Shown piece after piece: positions 46,335 to 56,900 of a stretch of DNA of 64,000 nt. The position numbers were made by a program, and so were the translations under genes. This DNA is from Candidatus Omnitrophota bacterium. GTDB lineage: Bacteria > Omnitrophota > Gorgyraeia > Zapsychrales > Zapsychraceae. The notes beneath the pieces were generated by a model. The model had not been told where the DNA came from and ran no database searches. It saw nothing but the letters and a program-made list of their open reading frames with translations. The stretch covers positions 3,563 through 67,562 of the forward strand of contig DATDQB010000010.1 of the NCBI GenBank assembly GCA_035292445.1, read 5' to 3'. The first letter of the stretch is position 1. Each line of letters opens with the position of its first letter.

Positions 46335-48010
46335 GCTCGTGTCGTGGCTTCCTCTATCAAATACTGGAGCACTTCCAGTTCATCATGGTCAAACCAGATG
46401 GAACCGCAAGCGAAACATCGGTCCATTTCTACCTTGTAGACCTCGGTATAAAACATCCGATGCATTTTATTGCGGGGATGGTTGCATTTGGGACATGTAA
46501 ATAGCGTCTGCGGGTTCCTTTTGATAGCCGGCGCCATAAACATATCAGCCGTTTTCTTGATCGTTTCGGCAATATGCTTGACCTTCTCGGAGAAACCGAC
46601 ATCCTGTCGGATGATAATACGCTTAACGTCATTCTCATGGACCAGAACGCCGTGACAGAACGGGCATTTTTCAAGCTCTACGCCTTCATAATAGACTTTG
46701 GAAAGCGCCAGATGGCAACGCGGGCACTTTTCCGACGCTTCTTTCATTTCATCGCTGTGGCCGAGGACGCCGGCCAAGGCTTGATCTTCGTACGCCGGTT
46801 TGACTTTATCTTCATCCAAGCGCTTGATCCAGGTTTGCGGCTCGATCCAATCAAAGGTGGCCATCTGGACCAGCTCAAAAGGCCCTTGCCACCGGCCATC
46901 TTTGTGGACCATCCACTTGGTGTCGATGCCGACGGCTTCGGGCACTTGCGTTCTGGGTTTATTCTCTAATTTTTTTACACCCTGCACCAGCTGCTCGACA
47001 TCCGCATGAGCCATTTCCAAAAGAATGCCTAAACGCTTCTCAACCGGTGGATGCGTGGAAAACAGCTCGGCGAAAATGCCTTCATGTTCATCCAAATAGG
47101 CATACTGCGGGTTAACGATAAAAATAGCTTCCATTTCTTGAGCGGTCAATTCTTGCCCGCGCCAATGATAGGCAATGGCGTAAAGCGCTTCCGCCAAACT
47201 TAACGGATCGCGTGTTAAACGGACCGAAATGGCATCCGCCCGGTATTCGCGCTGGCGCGAAATGAACATCCGCACCAAATGGCTTAAAAATTTTGTCAGC
47301 AATAACAAAATATAGATCAATAAAATAACGGCAACGGCCCCTCCTCCGCTACCGCGCCCGCGGGATGAATAAGAACTGCGCCGGCCGCTGCCCCGAAGCA
47401 TCAGTTCGATCCCCTTCAAAAGGCCGCCGTAAAGGGCAAAAATGGAGCTGGTCACGGTCGTCGCCAAACAATCGCGCGAGACGATATGGGCCACTTCATG
47501 GCCCACGATCGCTTCGATCTGAGCGCGGGATAATCGGGCCAAAACACCTTCGGTGGTCCCGAGCACATGATGTCCCTCAAAATCGGAAAGCGCAAAGGCG
47601 TTCATGGCCATCGTTGGAATGATTACCCCTTCGATCTTTACCCCGCCCGTGGCCACAGAAACTTCATCCAAAATGTTACGGAACATCTGATGATACGTGT
47701 CCTTTTCATTAAGTTTCTCCGCCCCCAGAACGCCGAGCATTTTTTTGATCAAATTGCTGGTGGTGTAGCTCCAATGGCCGTAGCCAACGACACAAGCGAT
47801 GGCTAAAATGATAAGGGTCGTTGGAAAATCCAGGAAGAAGAACACAAAGGACTGCTGCTCATAAGTGGGGATCTCACTGTAGGCGATGGCATTGGCCACA
47901 ACCATCGCAATGCCCCAAAAGGCGAGAAAATAAAAAAGAATTAAAAAGGAAAAGACAAAACCGATGGTACGGGTTTTGTCTTCCTCGATTTGGGTGAACG
48001 AATACGGCAT
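46331..48010 (-). CDS. M48 (HtpX-like) membrane metalloprotease with GYF_2-like domain and two TFIIB-type zinc ribbons
   Basis: NAFA, HEVAH, SRQREY.AD, STHPP; 'W.V..DG...GPF'; CPRC..CPFC and CPKC..CFAC. Confidence 0.85.
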   Translation of the reverse strand: MPYSFTQIEEDKTRTIGFVFSFLILFYFLAFWGIAMVVANAIAYSEIPTYEQQSFVFFFLDFPTTLIILAIACVVGYGHWSYTTSNLIKKMLGVLGAEKLNEKDTYHQMFRNILDEVSVATGGVKIEGVIIPTMAMNAFALSDFEGHHVLGTTEGVLARLSRAQIEAIVGHEVAHIVSRDCLATTVTSSIFALYGGLLKGIELMLRGSGRRSSYSSRGRGSGGGAVAVILLIYILLLLTKFLSHLVRMFISRQREYRADAISVRLTRDPLSLAEALYAIAYHWRGQELTAQEMEAIFIVNPQYAYLDEHEGIFAELFSTHPPVEKRLGILLEMAHADVEQLVQGVKKLENKPRTQVPEAVGIDTKWMVHKDGRWQGPFELVQMATFDWIEPQTWIKRLDEDKVKPAYEDQALAGVLGHSDEMKEASEKCPRCHLALSKVYYEGVELEKCPFCHGVLVHENDVKRIIIRQDVGFSEKVKHIAETIKKTADMFMAPAIKRNPQTLFTCPKCNHPRNKMHRMFYTEVYKVEMDRCFACGSIWFDHDELEVLQYLIEEATTRA

Positions 48011-48019
48011 CTTTTGAAT

Positions 48020-48048
48020 GTAGGGAACGGTTTCAAACCGTTCCCTAC
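48020..48048. repeat. GTAG-type palindromic repeat, intergenic
   Basis: GTAGGGAACGGTTTCAAACCGTTCCCTAC. Confidence 0.9.
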
Positions 48049-48053
48049 ATTAT

Positions 48054-48605
48054 TTAGAATTTGACCTTCGGCGTTTCTTTTTGGGCCGCGTCTTCGATCT
48101 CAAAGAAGTCGTTTTTCTTGAAATTAAAACTGCCGGCAATCACGTTCGCGGGAAAAGACTGGACGGCTGTGTTGAGCCGGTTGACCTCATCGTTGTAATA
48201 TTGCCGGGCGAAGGTAATCTTATTTTCGGTCGTAGTCAATTCTTCGTGAAGCTGCATCATCTGCCGGTCGGCCTTGAGATTGGGATATTGCTCCGAAACA
48301 GCAAAAAGGCTACGCAAGGTGCTCGTCAAAAGGTTTTCGGCCTGCTGGCGGTCTTTGAGGTCGCTCGCATTAATGGCCTGTTGGCGCGCCTTAATGACCT
48401 TTTCCAACGTGTCTTTCTCATGGGCCATATAGCCTTTGGCCGTTTCCACTAAATTGGGGATCAGGTCGTGGCGGCGTTTGAGCTGCACATCGATCTGCGA
48501 CCAGCCGTTTTTCACGTTCTCGCGCAATTGCACGAGCCGGTTGTAAACGCCGATGGCCCATATCATGGCAACAACTATCAAACCTAATAAGATCCAGAGA
48601 ATCAT
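48054..48605 (-). CDS. lemA: LemA family protein
   Basis: YNRLV, WSQIDVQLKRR.DLIPNLV, YPNLKA, ENKI..AR..YN, FP.N. Confidence 0.94.
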   Translation of the reverse strand: MILWILLGLIVVAMIWAIGVYNRLVQLRENVKNGWSQIDVQLKRRHDLIPNLVETAKGYMAHEKDTLEKVIKARQQAINASDLKDRQQAENLLTSTLRSLFAVSEQYPNLKADRQMMQLHEELTTTENKITFARQYYNDEVNRLNTAVQSFPANVIAGSFNFKKNDFFEIEDAAQKETPKVKF

Positions 48606-48663
48606 GCCTCTCCTCCCACGTTAAAGGTTAAAATTCAAAACCAGTATAGCACATCCTGAAAAC

Positions 48664-49344
48664 TTAAGGGGCATAACTTTCCATGACCAAAGACGTCTTG
48701 CCGAAACCGACCGAGCCCTTGATGCGCAAAGGGATCCTGCGTTCAGTTGTATCGAACCAAATCTGATAATCTTTGTCGTTGCCTTCCAAGTAATACGTTT
48801 CATGTTCCTGGCCAACCGCCTCTATTTTTTCCCGACCGGCAAACCCGATCATGACATCTTTTGTCGGCAAGGTCATCTCAAGCTTCTCTCCGGGTTTAAA
48901 CTGCCCGGAAACCCTGTAACGGTATATGAACGCGTAAATATTATCCAGCCTCTGAGGCTTTTTGATCTCGAAGGCCTCCCGCTTTCCCTTGGCGACTTTT
49001 ATGATACGCACGTACCCGTCTTCCCTGTAACGTTCGGTAATGCTCTCCTTTTTTCCCCACATGTCGATGTCGCGCTCGATAATGGCCGGATAGAACGATT
49101 GCGGGTCCAGATAGATCTTCTCGGTATCGCGCATGCGAAGCGCAGCCGTATCGACCGTGACCAGGATATAATCCCGGCCTTCCAGCGGTGTTATGCCGTG
49201 ATAGCGGACAATGACTTTCCCGACCGTTAAGTTGGCTTTCTTGATCTGGTAGGTGATGGTCTCACCGGGGACGAAGACGGCGGCAAAAGAGCTGGAAGAC
49301 AGCAAAACGATCAACGCTAAGAAAGATATTCGGCTTCGTATCAT
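48664..49344 (-). CDS. Exported DUF3108-like protein
   Basis: Signal peptide; 'PGETITY.I', 'IWF....RIPLRI' pattern. Confidence 0.6.
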   Translation of the reverse strand: MIRSRISFLALIVLLSSSSFAAVFVPGETITYQIKKANLTVGKVIVRYHGITPLEGRDYILVTVDTAALRMRDTEKIYLDPQSFYPAIIERDIDMWGKKESITERYREDGYVRIIKVAKGKREAFEIKKPQRLDNIYAFIYRYRVSGQFKPGEKLEMTLPTKDVMIGFAGREKIEAVGQEHETYYLEGNDKDYQIWFDTTERRIPLRIKGSVGFGKTSLVMESYAP

Positions 49345-50483
49345 CTTCGATCATACGCCTTGATGTACTCTTCCAGCAGCCTTGTGCCCTTGCACATGTC
49401 CTTGACGTAAATATATTCATCGGTCGTGTGCGCGGTGCCCTCGGCCGCCCAGCCGGTGGCGAAGGCGGGGATGTTGTGGTGCTGGAAAAAGGTGACGACG
49501 GTCGCGCCCTCGCTGCCTTTGAGATGCGCGGGACATTTCATCTTCTTGGCGGTCTTTAAAAATAAGCTGACCGCCCGGTGCTTAGGATCAAGCTGGTAAG
49601 GCAACTGGTGGTCATCGATGATGATCTTGTATTCTTTGGTGACGCTTTCAATGATCTTTTTGTAAAGCTTTATGATACCGGCAAACTTCATATCCGGCGT
49701 ATAACGCGTATCGACCGAAAATTCGCAAAAATCCGCCACCATGTTGACCTTGTCCCCGCCATGGATGGTGCCGATATTGATGGTCGGGCCTCTTAACAGC
49801 GGATGTTTCTTATATTTGAATTTTATTTGCTTCAATTGATTGATGATCTGGCTGGCCTGCTCGATGGCGTTGACGCCCTGCCAGTTGTACGCGCCGTGGG
49901 CTTTCTTGCCGAAAATCTGGATGCGGATATGAAGCAACCCTTTTTGCGCCACAATAGCATCATATTCGGCCGAATCCATCACAACACAGACCTGAGGCTT
50001 CAACACTCTCTTCTCTAATAAAGGGATGATGCCGTAATCGCTCCCGGTTTCCTCATCGACCGTGGCCGCCATGATGATATCATGCCTTGGCTTAAAGCCG
50101 TCTTCGACCATGCTGTGCATGATTTCAAGACAGCTGGCGGTGTTGCCTTTGTCATCGGAGGCCCCGCGGCCGTAGAGTTTCCCTTTAACGATTTTTCCGC
50201 CGAAGGGATCATATTTCCATCCTTTGCCGATGGGGACGATATCAAAATGCGGGGTAATGCACATAGCTCCCTGTGACGCTTGCTTGCGCGGCAAACTCCC
50301 TCTTAACGTGGCGATGACATTCGGCCGCCTTTTGGCGTACGTGTAGGTCTTGACATCAAGCCCGAGGGAGCGCATGTACTTCTCGATCCACTTGGCGCAA
50401 TCCCATTCAAGGCCCGGAGGGTTGGTCGTGTTGTAGGAGATTAATTTTTGTAATGTTTTAATTAAACGTTCGTTATTTATCAT
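49341..50483 (-). CDS. M20 family metallopeptidase (ArgE/DapE-like)
   Basis: H.D.VP, GRGASDDKG, DEE.G, GKKAHG, AHTTDE; start moved to MINNERL because the longer N-terminus is translated repeat DNA. Confidence 0.9.
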   Translation of the reverse strand: MINNERLIKTLQKLISYNTTNPPGLEWDCAKWIEKYMRSLGLDVKTYTYAKRRPNVIATLRGSLPRKQASQGAMCITPHFDIVPIGKGWKYDPFGGKIVKGKLYGRGASDDKGNTASCLEIMHSMVEDGFKPRHDIIMAATVDEETGSDYGIIPLLEKRVLKPQVCVVMDSAEYDAIVAQKGLLHIRIQIFGKKAHGAYNWQGVNAIEQASQIINQLKQIKFKYKKHPLLRGPTINIGTIHGGDKVNMVADFCEFSVDTRYTPDMKFAGIIKLYKKIIESVTKEYKIIIDDHQLPYQLDPKHRAVSLFLKTAKKMKCPAHLKGSEGATVVTFFQHHNIPAFATGWAAEGTAHTTDEYIYVKDMCKGTRLLEEYIKAYDRR

Positions 50484-50495
50484 TTGTTTATAAAC

Positions 50496-50551
50496 GTAGG
50501 GGCAACCTTTACGGTTGCCCATCCTCGGGCAGGCACAAGGCCTGCCCCTAC
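50496..50551. repeat. Composite GTAG-type palindromic repeat
   Basis: GTAGGGGCAACCTTTACGGTTGCCC-N6-GGGCAGGCACAAGGCCTGCCCCTAC. Confidence 0.9.
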
Positions 50552-50554
50552 GAT

Positions 50555-50860
50555 TCAATCCTTAAACAAATCCTCCGCTTTCATCTTCCCCAAATTCATC
50601 TTGTAATCATCAAAATCAATGACCGTGACACTGGGCTTCTCAGCAGCGAGCTTGGCCAGCTTGGGCCAGTGGGATCTGATGTTACGAAAGCTAACGTATT
50701 TAAATTCAGTTTTGCAGTTGGGACAAAGCGGTTCGTTTAATTTGATATCGATGTGATCGCAGTTGGCGCATTGGCCGGAAACATCGCCGTAGATGAGCAA
50801 TTGCTTTTTGATGGCGTGGAGGTCGATTTCTTTAAAAACACGGATAAATTTGCCGCTCAT
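50555..50860 (-). CDS. Small zinc-ribbon protein, unknown function
   Basis: CANC...CPNC in a 101-aa ORF. Confidence 0.65.
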   Translation of the reverse strand: MSGKFIRVFKEIDLHAIKKQLLIYGDVSGQCANCDHIDIKLNEPLCPNCKTEFKYVSFRNIRSHWPKLAKLAAEKPSVTVIDFDDYKMNLGKMKAEDLFKD

Positions 50861-50921
50861 AATGGGCTAATTATAACATAAGAAGAGAAAAGGGAAGGAA
50901 ATTAATCGGGAAAGAATGTTA

Positions 50922-50995
50922 GGAAATCGGGTTATCAGGGTATCTGGTTATCAGGAATAAGCCTGATATCCTGGTATCCTGATGTCCTGATAACC
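50922..50995. repeat. Inverted octamer tandem array encoding the extreme C-terminus and stop of polyprotein B
   Basis: ggaaatcg-ggttatca-gggtatct-ggttatca-gg...cctgatat-cctggtat-cctgatgt-cctgataa-cc. Confidence 0.8.
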
Positions 50996-53900
50996 TTTTC
51001 TTGTCTAATCGCTTTTGATAATTCAAAACCGAGGCCGTTCCCTTCCGCCAGCGGTTGCGGTTCATCATCAGCTATGCCTAATAATAGAGGAAGGTTCGTG
51101 ACCGGCGTAATGGAATAAATGATCGGGGTAAACCCTGTGATCGGCATGGTCTCAAGAATGGCGGGATCGAACTGTAGATCCATCCCCTGCCCCTGCGTTT
51201 GCAGCTCCAGCATGTCGGGGTTCATATCAATACCGCCGACATCTTTACCCTCAGCCAGAATCTCCGATTCTGGCGAGACCTCGCCCGCCTCTGGCGGGCG
51301 GGCCACCATCGCCTCATCATCGACTTCCGTTCCCATGCCCAGATCCCATCCATACTCGTCAATCGTTAGGATTTTCACGATTCTTTCCAACAAATCTCTT
51401 GCTTGAGGTCCGTCAACCTTAATAACCACTTGATCCCCTCTTACAAGCCCTAATGATATTATATCTGTTACTTCACTGATAACTTCTGACTCACCGCCAA
51501 CACCTAAAACTAAGGAATTACCAGGGTATCTATGCATCAACTCAATTATTCTTTCAGCTGGTCTTATATGTACACCGGCTGCTATGGCAACCTCTACCGC
51601 TTCTTCTGCTGAATTATCTTCATTTAATTCATCAAAACCTCGCGCCCCCACCATCGCCCGGTCAGACCTGTTTTCCGAAGTGACCGCTCGCCTCTCGGCT
51701 CCGCCGAGAGAGGCCTCGCCCATTGGGCGGGCCCGGTCATTCCCTGCTCCTCTTTCAATAATTAACCCCTCTTCCTTTAATTCCTCAAACCAACCCAAGA
51801 TATCTTCCTGCGTTATAGACCGAATCGCCTCAACATACCTTGACCAATTTGTTTCTCTTCCTACATTTTCAATAACATACCTAAACGCTTTACCATGAAT
51901 ATAAGAAAGGGCTCCATACGAGATATCCTGATTGAACATCAGCAAAGCCAACTGTATATTTAAGTCAGCTGAAATTCTAGTCCCTATTAAATGTGCTCCT
52001 TCTTGCTGTTCATATGGCCTTAAGATTTCATCACTCAGATAGTTGGAGTGGCTAAGAAGAATTTCTTTGGCCGATACCCCTATTACCTGATCGATATCCT
52101 TCTGTATAGATTCCGGCGTTTCTCCCGAGACAATTAAAGCATGCTCCATGTCCTCTAATTTCTTTTTATTTTCGGTATTTCGAGAAATTCTTTCCTGTTC
52201 AAATAATTTTCCAAGATAATACAGCTCTGAAGGTGTCAATACGGTAATAACATTCTCCATGCTGATTCCTGATTGAGCAATGACTTGATCCGACCTACGG
52301 TTACCAAGAATGCGAACCAAATAAGACCGGACGACCCTGTTATTAAGACCGCGCGCTGTTAAAACCTCCTTAGCCAATTCAACGCGGTGATTAACGACCG
52401 CTAGACTCTGTGTGAACAGATTTATTGAAGAAGGACGACTCATAAAAACAAACCCTAAGCGATCGCTGATTTCTGGATTATGTGCGGTGGAATCTCGATA
52501 GGGAATCCCATGGCGTTCAAAGATCATATATTCGTAAAGATGCGAAAGTTCACTTCCTAAGAGAAATAAACCACCCGTTACTGTCGGCTCCGTTATATTG
52601 CCGCCGGCCCAAGGAGGCACACCCTCTTCATATGTTGCAAAACCTCCTCCTGACCAGGGCGAACCAAAATAGGGAAACCAGACATGTCTCTTGATCAAAC
52701 CATTAGGCAATTGTCTTAAGTATGAATTATCAAAGAATTGGAGATTCTTGGCATAAGATAACCCAAGTAAAAATTCTCCCAAATCATCTTTGTCTATGTC
52801 TTGCTGCACAAGGATAGCATTAATTCGATCCGCTTCCGCTTGAACGGATACAGAATATCGGCCTGCTTGGTGATAATCCAGGAGCGCGTAAATCAAAATA
52901 TCTTGATCAGTTAATCCATCAATAAATTCCTGGCTATAAGCCGGATAGGCCCCTAAACGATTTCGAAGACGTGGGACAAGTTCCCGCTGCAACCAGCTTT
53001 GGTACCCATCAAGGTTTTCCACTCCAACCAAACTCAAAAATAACTGCTCACTCTCAACAACCGAAAATAAATTATTCTTACTAATCTTCGACAAAATATA
53101 CACCGCTCCTTGAAAATGTTGCAAATACACAGACTGCCGTTGTCTATCCTCTATACGATCAATGGCTTCCATGCGCCTTATGAATTGTCGAATGGCCTCG
53201 ATTTTGGTTATATTGATCAAATCAAACACTTGGAACATCACATTATACTGCGGATACTGCATCATGAGGCCTAAGCCCTCTCTTAGGATTTGCTCATCCC
53301 CTGTCCAGCGATGCACAATGCCTGCCAATTGAAGGATAACATTGCGGTGACTGATGTCTGATCTATCCACTTTAACAGCATGATACATCGAATCAACGTC
53401 AAATCCCTCCAAAAGAATATCCTGTCTTTTTTTCGATAAACGTGCCATATAATAAAATATTTGGATTGCCTCAAAATCATACGATATATTCTCAATCAAG
53501 TTTTCTTCTGTAATATGTGGACCCATCATTTCTTGCCACAGCCTCAAACCACCAGGGACATTAACTATTGTGTTTCCTGAAAGCTCCAAATAAGGCAATG
53601 TGGGCACCAGCCATAAGCCTATCGAGGCAATATTTTCACTGCGAATCCATTGCGCTATATTAATATGTTCTAAAGCAAAAATTTGCTCTTGCAGGCTCAA
53701 ATTGTATAAAGCACCTCTGACATATTCATTAAATAGATTAAGTTCTTCATTACTGAATACTGCGGCTCCAATATTAAGCAAGATCCATTCTCGCACAGCA
53801 GGTTCGAAATCTTCTATTAACGGGATAAGGCTGGGATTTGCCGTTTGCGCCACTTCAATTTTCTCTCTCAAAAATTCTAACGTCTCCGTTGGTTTTCCGG

Positions 53901-56900
53901 CATGCTCTTGAGCCAATATAGAACCTGCTAAAATGGAACCGATTGCCAAACTTCTTTTAATGTTCCTTAATGAAGAATCCCCCACCATCGCCCGGTCATC
54001 AAAGGCATTGGGTACGCGGCCCCGGGGCTGCGGCATTTCCTCAAATCTTTCTTCTTCAAAAACCATCATTTCTTCCGGGACAGGAGGCTCGGGTTCCGCT
54101 GGAAGGCGGACAAGTTCATCATCCACGATCGCGATATCGGAAGGCCTGATATCACGGACAAGGATCCCCGCCGCGATTAATCTGTTCCTGATCTCATTAA
54201 TGGTCAGCTCTTCTTCCATTTTGAAGGTATCGATAGTGAATTCCTCCCCCGCTCTCATATATCGCCCGTCCTCGAATTCCGTCAATCGTCTGATAACATG
54301 GGTGTCCGGATCGTCAATGATAATGTCCTGGATCCCAATACCAAGAATTAACGCTATCTCGGAAGCAAACACTTCTTTGACAATCATCACCGCCACCATC
54401 GCATGATCAACTGACTGCCCCATATCTATTGCGTGTTGAAATACCACTAACTGGCCATTGTGCCCCTCTTCAATAACAAACCCCGCCTGCGTAAATTGCT
54501 TTTTAACAAACGCTGGCATACGATGGTCGACCTTCTTGCCATAATCTGTCTCTCGGTGGTAGAACGTCGCAGCCAAAATACCGCCGGGCTTCAATATATC
54601 CTTTAAGCCTTCGATGAAAAGCCCCGTTCTTTCTTGCGACCACACCCCGCCTTGATCGGTCAGGGCATAGTACAAGACAGAGGCCGCCACAATGACATCA
54701 AACTTCTTAGGGAGCGCAGACAGCTTCAGAATATCCATGCGTTCGGCTTTAACGCCGTATATGCGCCGCGCCAATCGAGCCCCGCGCCAGCTAAGATCAC
54801 CAGCCGTTATGGTAGCGCCTTTTTCTTTCAACCAAGGGATCATACGGCTGTCCCGGCCCGGTCCGATCTCCAAGGCATCAATTCCCTCCCAAACCCGATC
54901 CAAATTCGTGAGATATCCGGCGATATAATCCGATGTGCCGCTAAAGAAACCGTCCAAATAATTAAAATAGCTCTTAAAGAGGCCTGGCCCGTAGATCGAC
55001 GGCTCATACCCCTCAGGTGGGATTAAGGCAATGCTCTCCTCAATGACCCGCTGAAGATTGTGCGCTGTTATAACAAAACCCTCTTCCTTAAGCTCAAACA
55101 ACCTAAAGACCACCCAATCGAGAGTATAAAAATCATATTGGCCGATAATACGCTGCAGTTCCTCCAAGATCAACGCGGCGATCGGCTGATAACGCTCCAA
55201 GACCTCCCTTAACTCAGGCAGGACGCTGCTGTCAAAGTACATGACATCCGCCATCTCAAAATCCGGATGGGCATATTCGGTTTTGGTTAAAATAATCTCG
55301 CGAATCTCCTCAATAGCCGCCATCGCATTATCGGCCGCATAAGGGGATTCGAAACGCAGCTCCAAGGCGTCGTTATTCTTGCCGTGGATGGAAGACAAAA
55401 CGACATTGCGGACGAGCGAAGGCATGCGGTACGCGCCAAGCCGTTCATGCTGCGGCCCTTTGCCGTCAGGCCCTTCCTTTTGCAGCAATCCCTGCCGCGC
55501 CAGGAACTCTGCCGTTCCGGTGTGGTATCCCTCCCATTTGACAACCCCAAATCCCGGCCGGCGCGCCTCATCGATCAACATATGCCGCGCATTGGTAAGG
55601 CGTTTCGTCCCGCCTCGATTAAGCTGTTGCAACTTGGCCCAGACCGACACTACCTGCTCGCCCGGTTCTTGGGTCAGATTCTTCAAACTGACTAACATCA
55701 CCCGGTCCCGACGCTCACTTCGTTCAGTCGGGACTCCGACCGAGTCTGCCTCTGGCAGACGAGCGTCGGAGTCGGATTGGTCTGCCGCTTTTTGTGCGGC
55801 AAGGATCAATTCTCCCATCCGATATCCGACGATCTTCAATAAAACGCCGGACCTGACCTTGTGTACAACGATATCGTGGATATCTTCATTGTCCGCACCG
55901 AACAATTTCAAAATTTCGGCATAGTACGGCGACTTTAGATATTCATCATCATGCGTTGAAATCTCTTGTTTTAATAGCCTTTGTGCCAGCTTTAAAACTT
56001 CCATATCGGTCACGGCTTCAACCGCGCGCTGCTGGTTGTATTCCGAGACGAATTGGCGGGCCAATAATTGAGCTGACTCTCCTAAATTTCTTTGGAAAAT
56101 ATAATAGGGCATGGGAATTTCGGCGCCAGGACGCGCTTCCATCCGCCTTATAATATTACCTTCGATCTTTTTATAAAAAGGATCTGTACGTTCTGTGCCA
56201 AGCTTAGCCGGAATGACCTTGAGTGATGACTCCCAATAAGCATCGATATAGCCTTTCATTACGGCATTGGCATCATGGCGATGCAACAACCATAAGATGA
56301 CCGCTGTCCATTGGAAATATGGGTCCACCGCCACTTTTGAAAAATAAATGCTTCTGATCGGCTTTACCGGTATGTATGCTTTTCCTTTTTGAATCTTAGG
56401 ATGGCTAAGGGCCACAGCAACCGGCTTTCCTAATTCGTTAAGTACGGCAAAGCTAAGCTGGGGATCAAAACGGTTCGGGTCATCGGCCAATTCAATAACA
56501 TCCTGCTGCAGACTAAATGTTTGATCCGCCGCGATCAAGTTCAATAACCGTAAGAATTCCGGCGCCTCTTGTAAAAGAAGCTCTCTGGTCAATGGAACAA
56601 GCTTGAGACGCTCTCCCTTAACGACCAGCTCATCATGCCGCTCTAACCATTCTGCGGCCGGCATGCCATCGATTTGCTCACCCGCGAAAACCTTGGAATG
56701 CCCCGGCGCTACGTCGTAACCATCCCCCACCATCGCGGCGTCTCCGGCAAGGGCCTCTTGGAACTCAGGCATCCCTTCCTCATTGAGGCGCCATTTGGTC
56801 GTCGCCGCTTTTCGCTCTTGCCCTTCCAGGCCGCGGTAACCGACCAAAGAAATACTTTGAGGCCTTTTTTGCCCTTCATAATGCGCCATGATCTCCAGGC

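Noticed and set aside
50484-50558. Cys-rich N-terminal extension MNRRGRPCACPRMGNRKGCPY of the M20 peptidase
   Set aside because: It is the translation of the composite GTAG repeat; the likely start is ATG 50483.
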